Part shown: positions 1 to 10,100 of the stretch, in pieces
Numbering within the stretch: position 1 is the first letter of the stretch
Layout of the letters: each line of letters begins with the position of its first letter
Assembly: GCA_900617105.1 (NCBI GenBank)
Contig: UYFQ01000388.1
Coordinates: 1-51,720 of the forward strand
Direction: 5' to 3'
From: Hydrurus foetidus
Lineage: Eukaryota
Length of the DNA: 51,720 nucleotides
Notes under the pieces: model-generated
The model's input: only the letters and a program-made list of their open reading frames with translations
Told to the model about the DNA's origin: nothing
Database searches by the model: none
Made by a program: the position numbers and the translations under genes

Positions 1-3000
1 GTAATTACAGGTATACTATCAATTGTAGCAGGTGGGACTGGTGTACTGTTATCCAGGGTATTACTAATTTTTGGTTCTACAATAGTTACTGGTTCAGTGT
101 GAGTGGCGGGTGTGGTTACACTATCCGGTTGTATGAGGTCTAAGCTAGTTTCGACTAGTGCAGTAGTATTACTGTCTATTTCATTGCTGTTAAGCGTGTA
201 ATCGCATTTGGAGTTATCTGAGTTCGATTCCCATGTGTGTTCTCTCTTGTCTCCATCGGCGTTCGGTAGTGTACGTTTTTTATTGACGTCTGTAGGAGTT
301 TCTATGTTACATTCATCAATAACACGCGTTCGCGGTGGTGTTAATTTTTGAAGTCTAGATCGTTCAGTTTTATGGCTGTCATCAGTACTCGTGATAGATG
401 ATGATAATGATTTGTTGTCATCTTGATCATTATCTGAGGCGTTAGGGATGGTCTCGGGAGAGCTAAAATCTAATTCCATATTTGATAGTGGTTTGTTTTG
501 TGGACGTTGCGCAGCGTTCATTGCTCTTATGATACGCATATCTTCTTTACGCTGTATATGGAGATACCTACAGTCAAATTGAGGTGGTTCTGCGAGGTTT
601 GGTGGTTTGTTGTCATGTTTTTCAACAGGATCTTCATGAACCTCTCTATCTTTTGGGTGCACGAAACGAGTACCAAAATTTACGTTCTTATATTTAGTAT
701 TAAACATTGGTCTGTGTTTTGGTACAGCAACGTCTTTAGGTGAAAATTCTTCTAAGTTTTCATGCTTCAGTATTCTATCTGCCTCTAGTGTCATTGGGGT
801 TGATGGTGATACTTTAATTTCATCCACAAGAGGTCTACCAATACGAGCGATGAGCTGAAAGTGCTCTTTGATACCATGACATGTGAATATCGGATCAACT
901 ATATCATCTATTTGAAGTGTAAGTACGTGTCGTAGTACTGTAATCTTTATAGGATCGTTGTCTCGATAAAAGCCGAGGTATTGGGCGGTGAATGCCATGA
1001 AGTCATATATGACTGAGTGTATTACCGTATCAGCATATAGTGTGTTATGTAGTACTGAATTGTATGATGTGACACTGTCTATAATATTCAGTACACTGAC
1101 ATACTCTTCGAGACTATGGACCTGGGACCAGTATGCTCCAGGCTCATGTGCTGGTAGGGGTGTTTCAAATTTCCCATTAATTAAATATGGATTATATGTA
1201 TTATATTTGAGAACATCCGCCTCTACCTACTTCCATGGCACGACTACGCATGCTTGTAGCATTGATGCGCCCATACTATATAATAGTCTTAACCATTATG
1301 TACATGGTTTTGTAATATCCGGACGTTTGTCGTCATGTCTATTAACATGCCACCGAAGTAAAGATGTATAGTAATTTGGTATTTATTTACCGTCTTTAAT
1401 AGATTTTGTTATTTTATGTATAAAAGATCCAGGCAGTATAGAAGTTGTTTGATCATATCTACCATATTCAGGCATACGTGTATTATATTGGTAATTTTCG
1501 AAATGCAAGAAAGCTGCGTTAACACCCCGTAGAGGAATATTTGGTACTTCATTATTGTTTGCAATATTATTAATCAGAAAACGATGATGCAATTTACGTG
1601 TCTCTTCATGTAATCCTAAATGGTCATACATAATTCTTTTATCAGCAACGTCTTTATTTTGTCTTGCCGTACGAAGAATTCTTTGTGAATCTTCGTCGAT
1701 GCGGACGCGCATGAGTAATTGACGTTTTTCTTGAGCTGACTCAAATGGCGCTTCTGATACATTGGACCAGTTAGAGAATCCTCCCTGCTTACCGCTAGTA
1801 TTAGTGTTACGTTGTAGTGACATTAATTTGTTAATAGCCCTTTTTTGATTATTAGAGTATTGTCCTACATTCAGACCTTGACCTGCCTTAGGGCCAATGT
1901 GGTCAAGTATCTTTCTAGGTAGGTCAATATCAAAAGGTATTTTGGGATTTTGAGGCTGAGTGTGTTTAACGTTAGGTGTGTTATCTTTTCTCGCTCTATT
2001 ATTATCATACCCCTTATCACCTTTTGGCTGCATAATATGAGGCCATTTACATGTGGGGTTTTTACATTGGTTACGTTGATATGCGTAACAGTACTGTGCT
2101 GTTTTCTCTTGCGGCGATTCGCCTGCTTTCTTATCAGCTATGTATTTAGGAGTTGGGTCTACTGTTTTCGCCTGTGATGACGAACTAGTACCGTATAAGC
2201 TTGCTAGCTATGCATTATCCCATGATGGGTCTGGGGGCTGGTATGCAGTCCTGACTGCTGCCAACTGTACTGTTGCAAGGTGTGGCGGGAGTGCGTCTGC
2301 GACCCAGAGTATATTTGCGATTGTCAAATCATATCCGAGTCGATTATTCATCGAAGCTGCGAATGATGACACGATTAGCAGTCTACCATCATCTGAGAAA
2401 TGTTTTGCTAAAAACGCGAGTTTTGTCTCACTAGAAATCTTTTTGTTATTTGCATATGAAAGATTATTGAACAATGTTTCCCATCTAATGAATTCGCTAC
2501 GTACTGTCTTATTTTGACCGACTTTAAATAATGTGATATTACTTTCAGCAATTTGGATATCTTTCTGACGTTGGCCAAACACATGACTAATGATTTGATC
2601 GAATGCTATAACACCATCTCTTTCCTGATGTGCCTCGTTACTGACGTAGTGACGGCAATCTTTATGGAAAATTGTATCTAACAATGAGTATAGTCGATCA
2701 ACATCGTATGTATGATAGTATATGTCGTCTTCTTCTAGAATGATATCTTTTGTATTTGATATAGTGAAGGATGAGTCTACTCCTGCTACTACTGGTGGTT
2801 TATAGGGGAGAGCTTTTTGTTTCCTATATCCGTGCTTATTCTTATCTTGATTGAGAATTGGGCGAGTGCGGTGTCCTTGCACGAGTGTGAGGAGTCCGAC
2901 AGTATTTAACAGGGAATGAATTTGACGGAGACGGTAAAATTTGTCGGTAGAGTTAGGATGGATTTGAGAGTTGCTGAACATTTGAATTGCAGCAGCCGAA

Positions 3001-4006
3001 GTATCTAACCATTTTGATCTTTTTACTCGTCTATTGCGTTTACGTTTCTTCTTCTTATATTCCGTATCGGATGATGAAGAGCTATGATCCTTATAGTAAC
3101 TTTTATGATTATAGCTAGAGGAGTCAGAGCTGGATGACGATAAGTCATCTGGTGAATCCGTAGATTTCTTTTTCTTTTTAGGGATGCGACGTGCATTACC
3201 CTTGCTCTTCTGTGATGATTCGGACGGGTCGTCCGATGAGTCGGATGGATATCCTTTCTTGTGAGAGATTTTCCGCGAGGGACTCTTCTTCATTGGAATT
3301 ACTATCTACCTTCCCATCATTATCGTTATTTCCTATGCTCCCCGACACAAGGTCAGCTTCATTCCGAGGGCTATCTACATTGTCGTTATTTGATGTTTTA
3401 TTGGAGGATTTTCGTGAAGATTGCCGAGACGATTTGTCTGACTTCTTCGTAGACTTGCGACTTGCGTTGTGTAATTCATTTTCGCGTAATTTTAATTTAT
3501 TTTTGCGGCGTCTATCCGATTGAGAGGTCAGTTCATTGTCCTCTCCGTCGGAAGAGCTATCGTCGTCATTTTGCCGACGCATAGAAAAATTTTTGCGAGG
3601 GTTTTCCTTGTAACCATCATTGGATAATTTTTTTAAGGCTACCCATGGACGTTAGATCATTGATAGTTCTACTCCTACGTGGTTAGTGTGTGGGATTTGT
3701 GGCGCTACTCCGATCTAAGGGGTTACGAGATGAGGATTGATCGCTATAAGGCTGATCCGTCCTTGCTGCGATGTCACCTGTCGCATAAACGGCAGGGACC
3801 TTCGCAGCTTCATCTCTGCTGCCCATCAACCGAAGCAGCGCCCTATCTAGGGCGTCAATAAACGCTTGAGAGTTTTCATTGACTTCAATAGAAGCAATGA
3901 CTGGTGCAACCTCTGGCACAGCGGCGATAGGCTCCGGCGGATCCGTCGGGCTGTTGTCGCTGGTCTCGTTGTCAGTGTTGGTTTGGGACCGAGTCTTCAT
4001 GGACAT
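1..4006 (-). pseudogene. Disrupted gag-like polyprotein of element A (Ser/Lys-rich N-terminus, Copia gag-like core, CCCH finger, unknown domain, low-complexity linker)
   Basis: ORF pieces 3683-4006, 3196-3582, 2208-3293 and 1383-2033. The frame from 3293 continues to below ~900, broken only by single stops (TAG 2208, TAA 1383, two more near 1300-1220). It contains RDGVIAFDQIISHVFG (gag-like) and CYAYQRNQCKNPTCKWPH (2037-2090). Confidence 0.7.
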
Positions 4007-4053
4007 AGAATGTCGATGGAATAGGCGTTGGCGGTTGGTCTCTAGTAACCTTT

Positions 4054-4067
4054 TGCAATCGCTACCA
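4054..4067 (-). promoter_or_regulatory. Primer-binding site of element A (probably initiator tRNA-Met)
   Basis: TGGTAGCGATTGCA directly follows a CA dinucleotide and is identical to the 14-mer at 5500. TGGTAGC matches the 3' end pattern of eukaryotic initiator tRNA-Met (GCTACCA). Confidence 0.75.
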
Positions 4068-5155
4068 TGTCAGTTGACAGCAAACGTATAAGCGCGGCGC
4101 CGTGGTCAAGAGTAAATTGGATTTGTGAGGACCCACGATGTAATATCGTGCAACGGGAAAATAGTTTAATTATGAGTTAGAAACTTGGTTGGCGACACAA
4201 AAGGTAACGAATGGTGGCAAGCAATCTACCTGACAAACGTCTAGAAGTTACTCTGACGTTGCAGCTCCCGAAATGTCAGATCGCAGGAGATAAATCTCTG
4301 CATATGATAAACGAGGTAGTAGTTCATACACTTATACATACTGGAGGGATGGTGGGTGATGAGTCTCGTACTAAATGTTACCCGGGTCTGCTAGGGCTAT
4401 GTTTGAGGTACTATAACAATAGCATAACATACGATATGAAAGGCATTTAGGAAGCGGCTTGACTGTATGCTATTGTGGGTTCCTTAACATGCATTTAAAC
4501 ACTAAAATGTGATTTATCTATTATTCTAATTGATGATTAACTTAACGGTATATACGGCTGTAACATGCACTTATGGCAGTCGTAAGCCGACAAACGTGTT
4601 ATTGAGAGTATCGAAACGAATGATATGTGTATATATACTCCCCGTACTGAGAATGTACTCCCCGTACGAGAGATTGAGCAAAAAGTGTAAAAAGTTAGTT
4701 ATAATATATGCGTGCACTCATATAAGATAGTAAGGTTAGTACGTATATTAGATATATATGGATATTAAGTATTTGTGTCATTTAATATTATTTCGTAAAG
4801 ACTTGTCAACTCTCTTCTTATATGGATACTCCTGTACTCCATATGTTTCCCTCTTTTTAGAGGATGGTTTACCACCTGGATATTTCAGCTTGTCGTAGTC
4901 AGGCGTAATAGACTCGACTTCGGCTGTATCAGGTTCAGCGCCCAACGCTATCATACGACGCGTATACTTATGTTGATACATGGGATCAAGTTGTCAGTCC
5001 AGCATATTCATGCATGATCTGTTAGCATAGTTTCGTCTGTAGATTAGCATTCACATGTCACAAGTAGTGTAGCGCTTCCTCACCCAAAACACCGCCATAC
5101 ACTGTTGTGTACATACGCTCATCGTTCTTCTAGCGATATCCCCCCTCGGGGCCAT

Positions 5156-5231
5156 CACCAAGCATCCGGTTTTTCACCACCAAGCATCCGGCTTCCCACC
5201 AGGTATCCGGTTTCCACCAAGCATCCGATTT
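5156..5231 (+). repeat. Four imperfect tandem copies of CACCAAGCATCCGGTTT (~18-22 bp) in the putative 5' LTR of B
   Basis: Directly visible: caccaagcatccggtttt / caccaagcatccggctt / caccaggtatccggttt / caccaagcatccgattt. Confidence 0.85.
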
Positions 5232-5499
5232 CATGAGCAGCGAGGGTTCCGCCCATTGCTCAATCGCCAACTTGAATATTCGCTGAATATATTTCCACTT
5301 CGGCGATCACCATTTCATGCACAATGGATGCTTTGCTTTGCTTCTTTGATGGTTGTCTTCTCTGATATCATCGCCAATTGTTTTACTACTTGGTCGTTGT
5401 AAGTAAACACGTCTTCCGAGACCACTTCCACCAGCCAGTCTTTCCTTTGCGCTTCCGCAGCCAACAGGTAGCTCGCTTCACTCCACAGTCTGACTCACA

Positions 5500-5513
5500 T
5501 GGTAGCGATTGCA
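5500..5513 (+). promoter_or_regulatory. Primer-binding site of element B
   Basis: TGGTAGCGATTGCA immediately after CA, identical to the PBS of A. Confidence 0.75.
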
Positions 5514-5589
5514 TAGAAAGTTCAGCAATCATCGATATAGTATCAATATATCAACGGTATCTCATCACAACAGATATCTCAAGTCGGCC

Positions 5590-6126
5590 ATGATGCTACG
5601 ATCGTCCGCCAACATAGACCAAATCAACGAGGAATACCATGATCCAACTGGGCTAGAGACTCCCAGCAGAGCCTAGCTGCCGCGCATGCTCTCCATGACC
5701 CTCGCAGAGTTCGATGAACGTGTCGCCGAGGCCATAAGAGCCCAAACTCAAAATTTGGTCTCAAGCTCGACGGCGAATCGGCCAAATGTCTCCACACCAA
5801 ACCGACCTCGACGAGGCTCCCATGCAGAGGAAGCCACGCCACCGCGCCAAACTTCGGCAGAAGTTTCAGCAACTGAGCTATCATATAATGCCGCTTTGGA
5901 ATCCGTTTTGGAGCTCAAACGGCTAAAACTCGATCTCGTTCTGACGACCTCTTCCGAAATCGATTGCATCAAGCAAAACCAGATCTCCACAACGACTGTG
6001 GGATCCAACAAACGATTCAAAGCTCTCGACAACATGCTCCACGTCGTTGGACTCTACCCAATGGCGATGGGCACGCGTCGCGAGCCAATCCCAACGAGGC
6101 ACAACCCATCAGGATACTCGGAGCCT
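5590..6126 (+). pseudogene. Element B gag, N-terminal part
   Basis: ATG at 5590 (MMLRS) is in frame with ORF 5686 across one TAG. NKRFKALDNMLHVVGLYPMAMGTRREP aligns with DKFYRLRQIHSLLNTVGLLTLVQGHRTRP of A. Confidence 0.65.
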
Positions 6127-6514
6127 TATGCTGTCCACGTAGCTTACAGAAGCTAAAACGAGAGGACGGGTTTCTTGGATCAACTGCAAGGGCTGTTGAT
6201 CAGTTTGCGAGAACTGCAAACTAGGATGAGCGGCTAACGGCCACAGATCGTTCAGCAACAAGAGAGTCGCTGGACAGGATGTTTGGCTAAAAGAAGCCGG
6301 TTTGGGTTTGGTGTTTTGTTTAAAGATTTAAAGATGTGAGAGGTGTATCGAAGAAGCTGACTACGAGAGTTGCAAGTTGAAGTATTCGAGAAACCAAAAA
6401 CTGGTACCGAAAAAGCTGTGGCTGCAAGCAATGTGGACTATGTACGTACATACATGTAACGTACGTGTAAGAATGCAATATAGTGGAAACTATGAAATAG
6501 TGGAAGCTATAACA
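6127..6514 (-). repeat. 3' LTR of element E
   Basis: Direct repeat of 11970-12357 with about 5 mismatches seen by eye; begins TGTTATAGC and ends GCATA on the minus strand. Confidence 0.95.
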
Positions 6515-6525
6515 CCACCCCTTTC
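6515..6525 (-). promoter_or_regulatory. Polypurine tract of element E
   Basis: GAAAGGGGTGG immediately before the 3' LTR TG. Confidence 0.8.
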
Positions 6526-6679
6526 GCGGTTAAATGTGAGACTATGGGACTTAAAAAATGAATAAATACAAAACATGTTGTTAAATCTCAGTGAGTTCGC
6601 AAACATTGTTGTATCGCTGTAGAAGCATAATTAGATATGAGGTAAGAAAAATATTACTGGCGGTTTCATTTTAGCAGTA

Positions 6680-6752
6680 GTTACTTGTGAGAATCGAACA
6701 CACGACCTTCAAAGTGTTAAATTAAGATTCGATAGCTTCACCGAAACCACTT
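6680..6752 (-). other. Degenerate tRNA-like segment (T-arm/B-box) inside element E
   Basis: Minus strand AAGGTC-GTGTG-TTCGATT-CTCAC resembles a variable loop plus T-arm (4 of 5 pairs). Acceptor and anticodon stems are not convincing. Confidence 0.4.
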
Positions 6753-6997
6753 TAATATGAACAGGGGACCTTGATTTGCCTAGAATCATGTTTTAATTTT
6801 CATTTTGAAGTTGAAGTTGAAGTTGTGAGAGTTTTGAGAGATGGATTCAGATGTAGTTTTAATTGCGGTTCAGAATCTGTAATCAATCACAATTTATTCG
6901 AACTTCGATTTTTTATTTGTCTCTGCCGTTTTGGAGAAAAAATCAACAATTGCCGATGGGTGAAACGTGTGAGAAGATCGGTGAAACGTGTTGGGAG

Positions 6998-7120
6998 AAA
7001 TTTTTCGTATTCAGTGTGGATACTGCGTACGATTTTTGGAAAATTTCGTATTCATTGGGGATACTACGTACAATTTTTGGCGAATTTCGTATTCTTGCGG
7101 TGGAGTGTGTACAATATGGA
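6998..7120 (+). repeat. About three degenerate ~41-bp tandem repeats (core AATTTCGTATTC...GTACAATTTTTGG)
   Basis: aatttttcgtattcagtgtggatactgcgtacgatttttgg / aaaatttcgtattcattggggatactacgtacaatttttgg / cgaatttcgtattcttgcggtggagtgtgtacaatatgg. Confidence 0.7.
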
Positions 7121-7166
7121 GTTCAAGTGGAGTTTAGACGAGAATATGTGCGTATTATTTGCGATC

Positions 7167-7782
7167 ATGTCAGCACTAAACGCGAAGCAGCAGGCGATGG
7201 TGACGGTAAGTCGAAAAATCATTGAGTTGAATTATTTTGAGTAATTTGCTGATATGTATAATATGTAAATGGTGTAGGTTAATGGAGCCAAAGATCCAAG
7301 GGATGTATTCATGACAGCAAATAACATTACGGTGTTGCCAGATGGTTGTGGTAGAGATGAAGTTCGCGATTTCTTACGTCATGTTTGCGAGGTGGCAAGT
7401 GTTAGGGGTGAAAACTGGACATATAAGTTTCGTGAGATCAAATTCAATAATAGATTCGGACCAAAGCAGTTGAAGAAGAAATTGACTGTGAAGATACATT
7501 ATTTTTGGAGCTTCAAGGAGCACAGGGCCTACTCATACGAGTAAATTGAAGCAAATCAAGAGAGCACAGGGTGACACGTTGAAGGCTAAGGTATGGGAGA
7601 AGCAGAATATGCTACTTCCAAACCATGCTATGAGTATAATTGTTTGTGATGGTGTGATCAATATGTATGATAATGGTTGCAGAGGCGTTAAATTATTCAG
7701 TGTGTTGAATGTAGCGCAGCGATTTTATTGTATATCACATTGCTTTGCGTTTGATTTAATTGATGAGAATGTTGTTGTGTAA
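7167..7782 (+). CDS. Putative spliced antisense accessory gene of element E, unknown function; probable frameshift near 7500-7545
   Basis: Exon 7167-7205 (MSALNAKQQAMVT), a 72-nt intron 7206-7277 (GTAAGT...CTGAT...TAG, with an in-frame stop), then an exon from 7278 in frame with ORF 7311-7544. ORF 7546-7782 follows in another frame. Confidence 0.55.
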
Positions 7783-7836
7783 AACTAACAAGGACTTACT
7801 ATTAGGGGTTCGCCTCAGGTGTTGGGCTTTCCATAT

Positions 7837-9384
7837 TTAAGCACCCTTGTGGGCTTTTGGAGTAGTATCGATACCTTGTTGAGGGAGGTAATTGTATCGG
7901 TAGGGGAGTGGGATTTTATTTGTATGCCCTATCTTTTGTAGGTACTCGTGGAGGGCCTTGACAAGTCGGAGCGAAGTCCAAGGCTCCCAGGAATCGGAAT
8001 CGGAGGTGTAGCCGTGCCAGTGGACGAGGAGCTCAATTGATTTCAGGTGAGTCCATTTTCCACGATGAGCGACAATTGATTTGACGATGTATTCTTCTCG
8101 ATCAAGTAGTCCAACCTTTTGTGCTGATTTAATTGTGCCAATGTAGGGGGAAATGCGGTCGGTGTGGAAGACGTGTTCTGTATGGAGCTGAGTGTGCAGG
8201 CAGGTAATATTATTTCCATCTTGTGTGATTACAGTGTATGGGCCTAATAGTTTTGGTGCAAGTTTTGATGACCGAAACGCCTTGTCGTGTTCTTTTGGAT
8301 TCCACAATATGAGATCGCCTTTTTGGTATATGTTTTGATTTGTTGTGGATGCTTGACGTTTTTGTCGCAATTCGTGTTGATATTGTGTTGTGATGGCACG
8401 GACTATTGACAAATTTATGTCTAGTTGATTAACGTATTCACCGTAGGAATGACCTGGTGGAAGCGGCGGTGGTAGTTGAAAGCGGGCATGATCCATTGTA
8501 CCGAACTTCAGCTCAGTTGGAGCGAGACCGCCAAGTTCGGAATTTGGTGTGGTGGCTAGTGCGTGATTGATAAGAGGTAAGATAGTGTCAGATGCCCACT
8601 TATGAGTGAGTCGTTCGTCATGAACTAGACGGCGTAAGTGACCCATGAAGATACCATTTACTTGTTCTGTTCCGTTAGATTCGTGACGTCCAATGACTGA
8701 TATACGATGGGGAATACCAATCCAAGAGTTGAGCTGTTGGACGACTGTTGCAGTGAATGCACTGCCAGGATCAGAGTATAGTGCATCATAAGCACCGAAG
8801 GTAGAGTAATGTTGGAACAAAATAGTTGCGACAGTAGGAGCAGTGTAGTCGCGTACTGGATAAGCACGGGGAAATTTTGTGTCATGTTCGACAAGTAGTA
8901 ACAATCCGATATAACCATCTTCGTCAGGAGGTGTAACTGTAACATGATCCATACCGACGGCGCGAACGTGGTGAAGGATTGTTTCAGTTAGTGAAGGAGA
9001 AGGTACAGTGGCAAAAGGGATTCGATCTTTTTGGCAAATCGGACACTCAGCTACAAGGTCTTGGATGGTGCGGAGTGCGATGCCATGTCCAGGATAATGT
9101 TGACAAAGAGTCAGGTAAGTTCGTTTGGCTCCGTGATGGAGTGATCGATGACCGTGAACAGATGCGAACATTTCTTGAATACTGAGTGTATTCTCCGATG
9201 ACGATAGGGTTGAAGATGGTGTCGATTGAGGATGCATACGGGATATCCAGTCGGCAACACCATTTTCTTTACCAGGGATATGTTTGATCTGAAAGTTGTA
9301 GCTTTGAAGGAGGACACGCCAGCGTATGATGATAGGAACAAGGCTTGTCTCCATCCATACTAAATTGCGATGGTCAGTAATGAT
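7837..9384 (-). CDS. Element E pol remnant: RNase H C-terminus, integrase, chromodomain
   Basis: ITDHRNLVW..IIRWRVLLQSYNFQIKHIPGKENGVADWISR; HHCC (H..H..CPIC); DDE (GMDH, SDPGSAF, NGTEQVN); GPY motif (KLAPKLLGPY); chromodomain (YIVKSIVAHR..LLVHWHGY..DSWEP). Confidence 0.92.
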   Translation of the reverse strand: MITDHRNLVWMETSLVPIIIRWRVLLQSYNFQIKHIPGKENGVADWISRMHPQSTPSSTLSSSENTLSIQEMFASVHGHRSLHHGAKRTYLTLCQHYPGHGIALRTIQDLVAECPICQKDRIPFATVPSPSLTETILHHVRAVGMDHVTVTPPDEDGYIGLLLLVEHDTKFPRAYPVRDYTAPTVATILFQHYSTFGAYDALYSDPGSAFTATVVQQLNSWIGIPHRISVIGRHESNGTEQVNGIFMGHLRRLVHDERLTHKWASDTILPLINHALATTPNSELGGLAPTELKFGTMDHARFQLPPPLPPGHSYGEYVNQLDINLSIVRAITTQYQHELRQKRQASTTNQNIYQKGDLILWNPKEHDKAFRSSKLAPKLLGPYTVITQDGNNITCLHTQLHTEHVFHTDRISPYIGTIKSAQKVGLLDREEYIVKSIVAHRGKWTHLKSIELLVHWHGYTSDSDSWEPWTSLRLVKALHEYLQKIGHTNKIPLPYRYNYLPQQGIDTTPKAHKGA

Positions 9385-10100
9385 GAGAGTGCATTGTGCT
9401 GTAGTTCGACGCGGTTGTCAGCATACACTAGTCCATGCCGCGGGTATGAAAGGACATCAGTGCTGGAACCGTCATGCAGAGCAACAGCGTAGATATCAGT
9501 ATTGGAGCTAGTACAGATGGCACGCTTTCGGAGATCGTACGATCGACTGTGGGAACTAAGGTTATGCGCTGTGCGAATTGTGTTGCCAAGATGAGCACAA
9601 GGTAGGGATTCACGGATTGTGGCGGTTAAAGCGTGAAGATTAGTTCCTATCGCTCCGATTGCAGATTTTCGAGAAGAATCTATCGCATCAGCGAATACAT
9701 CGTAGAAAGGTCCGACAAGGTCGACGAGACCAATGATAAGATCATGACTGAGATCCTCAAGAACACTATACCATAGTATGTGACCGTGATCGTTGCCAGA
9801 GGAATCAGTCAAACAGACCAGGAGTTGGATTTCAGATTGAACTGCAATGTGACGTGCATCACCAAGGCGGACAATGCGATCCGTTGGTCGAGTAGCAAGC
9901 GTATGCGATTTAGGTAGGCTGAGAACTAGTGTGCGGGAAACAAAGTTACTGCCTTGTGCGCCAGTGTCCAATAGACCACGAGCGAAATGGAATGGGTTGA
10001 GTCCGTCCTTAGATTGCACTGAACCAGCGCGAATAAAAGGCTGACAAAGAGCTTGTGCGGGTACAGACGTACTAGCTCTTTGATTTATTTGAACTCTGAT
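9360..10100 (-). CDS. Element E aspartic protease region
   Basis: GLLDTGAQGSNFVS catalytic motif and DLIIG motif within ORF 9360-10334, which overlaps the gag end in a different frame. Confidence 0.85.
   Translation of the reverse strand: MRVQINQRASTSVPAQALCQPFIRAGSVQSKDGLNPFHFARGLLDTGAQGSNFVSRTLVLSLPKSHTLATRPTDRIVRLGDARHIAVQSEIQLLVCLTDSSGNDHGHILWYSVLEDLSHDLIIGLVDLVGPFYDVFADAIDSSRKSAIGAIGTNLHALTATIRESLPCAHLGNTIRTAHNLSSHSRSYDLRKRAICTSSNTDIYAVALHDGSSTDVLSYPRHGLVYADNRVELQHNALSSLLTIAI

Larger units (their letters stand above)
1..4489 (-). mobile_element. Element A: decayed Copia-like LTR retrotransposon, 5' part (runs off the left edge; outer LTR boundary uncertain)
   Basis: The minus strand reads ...CTGACA (LTR end at 4068), then PBS TGGTAGCGATTGCA, then a gag-like frame from 4006. 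The protein is homologous by eye to element B. The 4489 boundary (TGTTAAGG on minus) is only a candidate; 4235 is an alternative. Confidence 0.65.
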
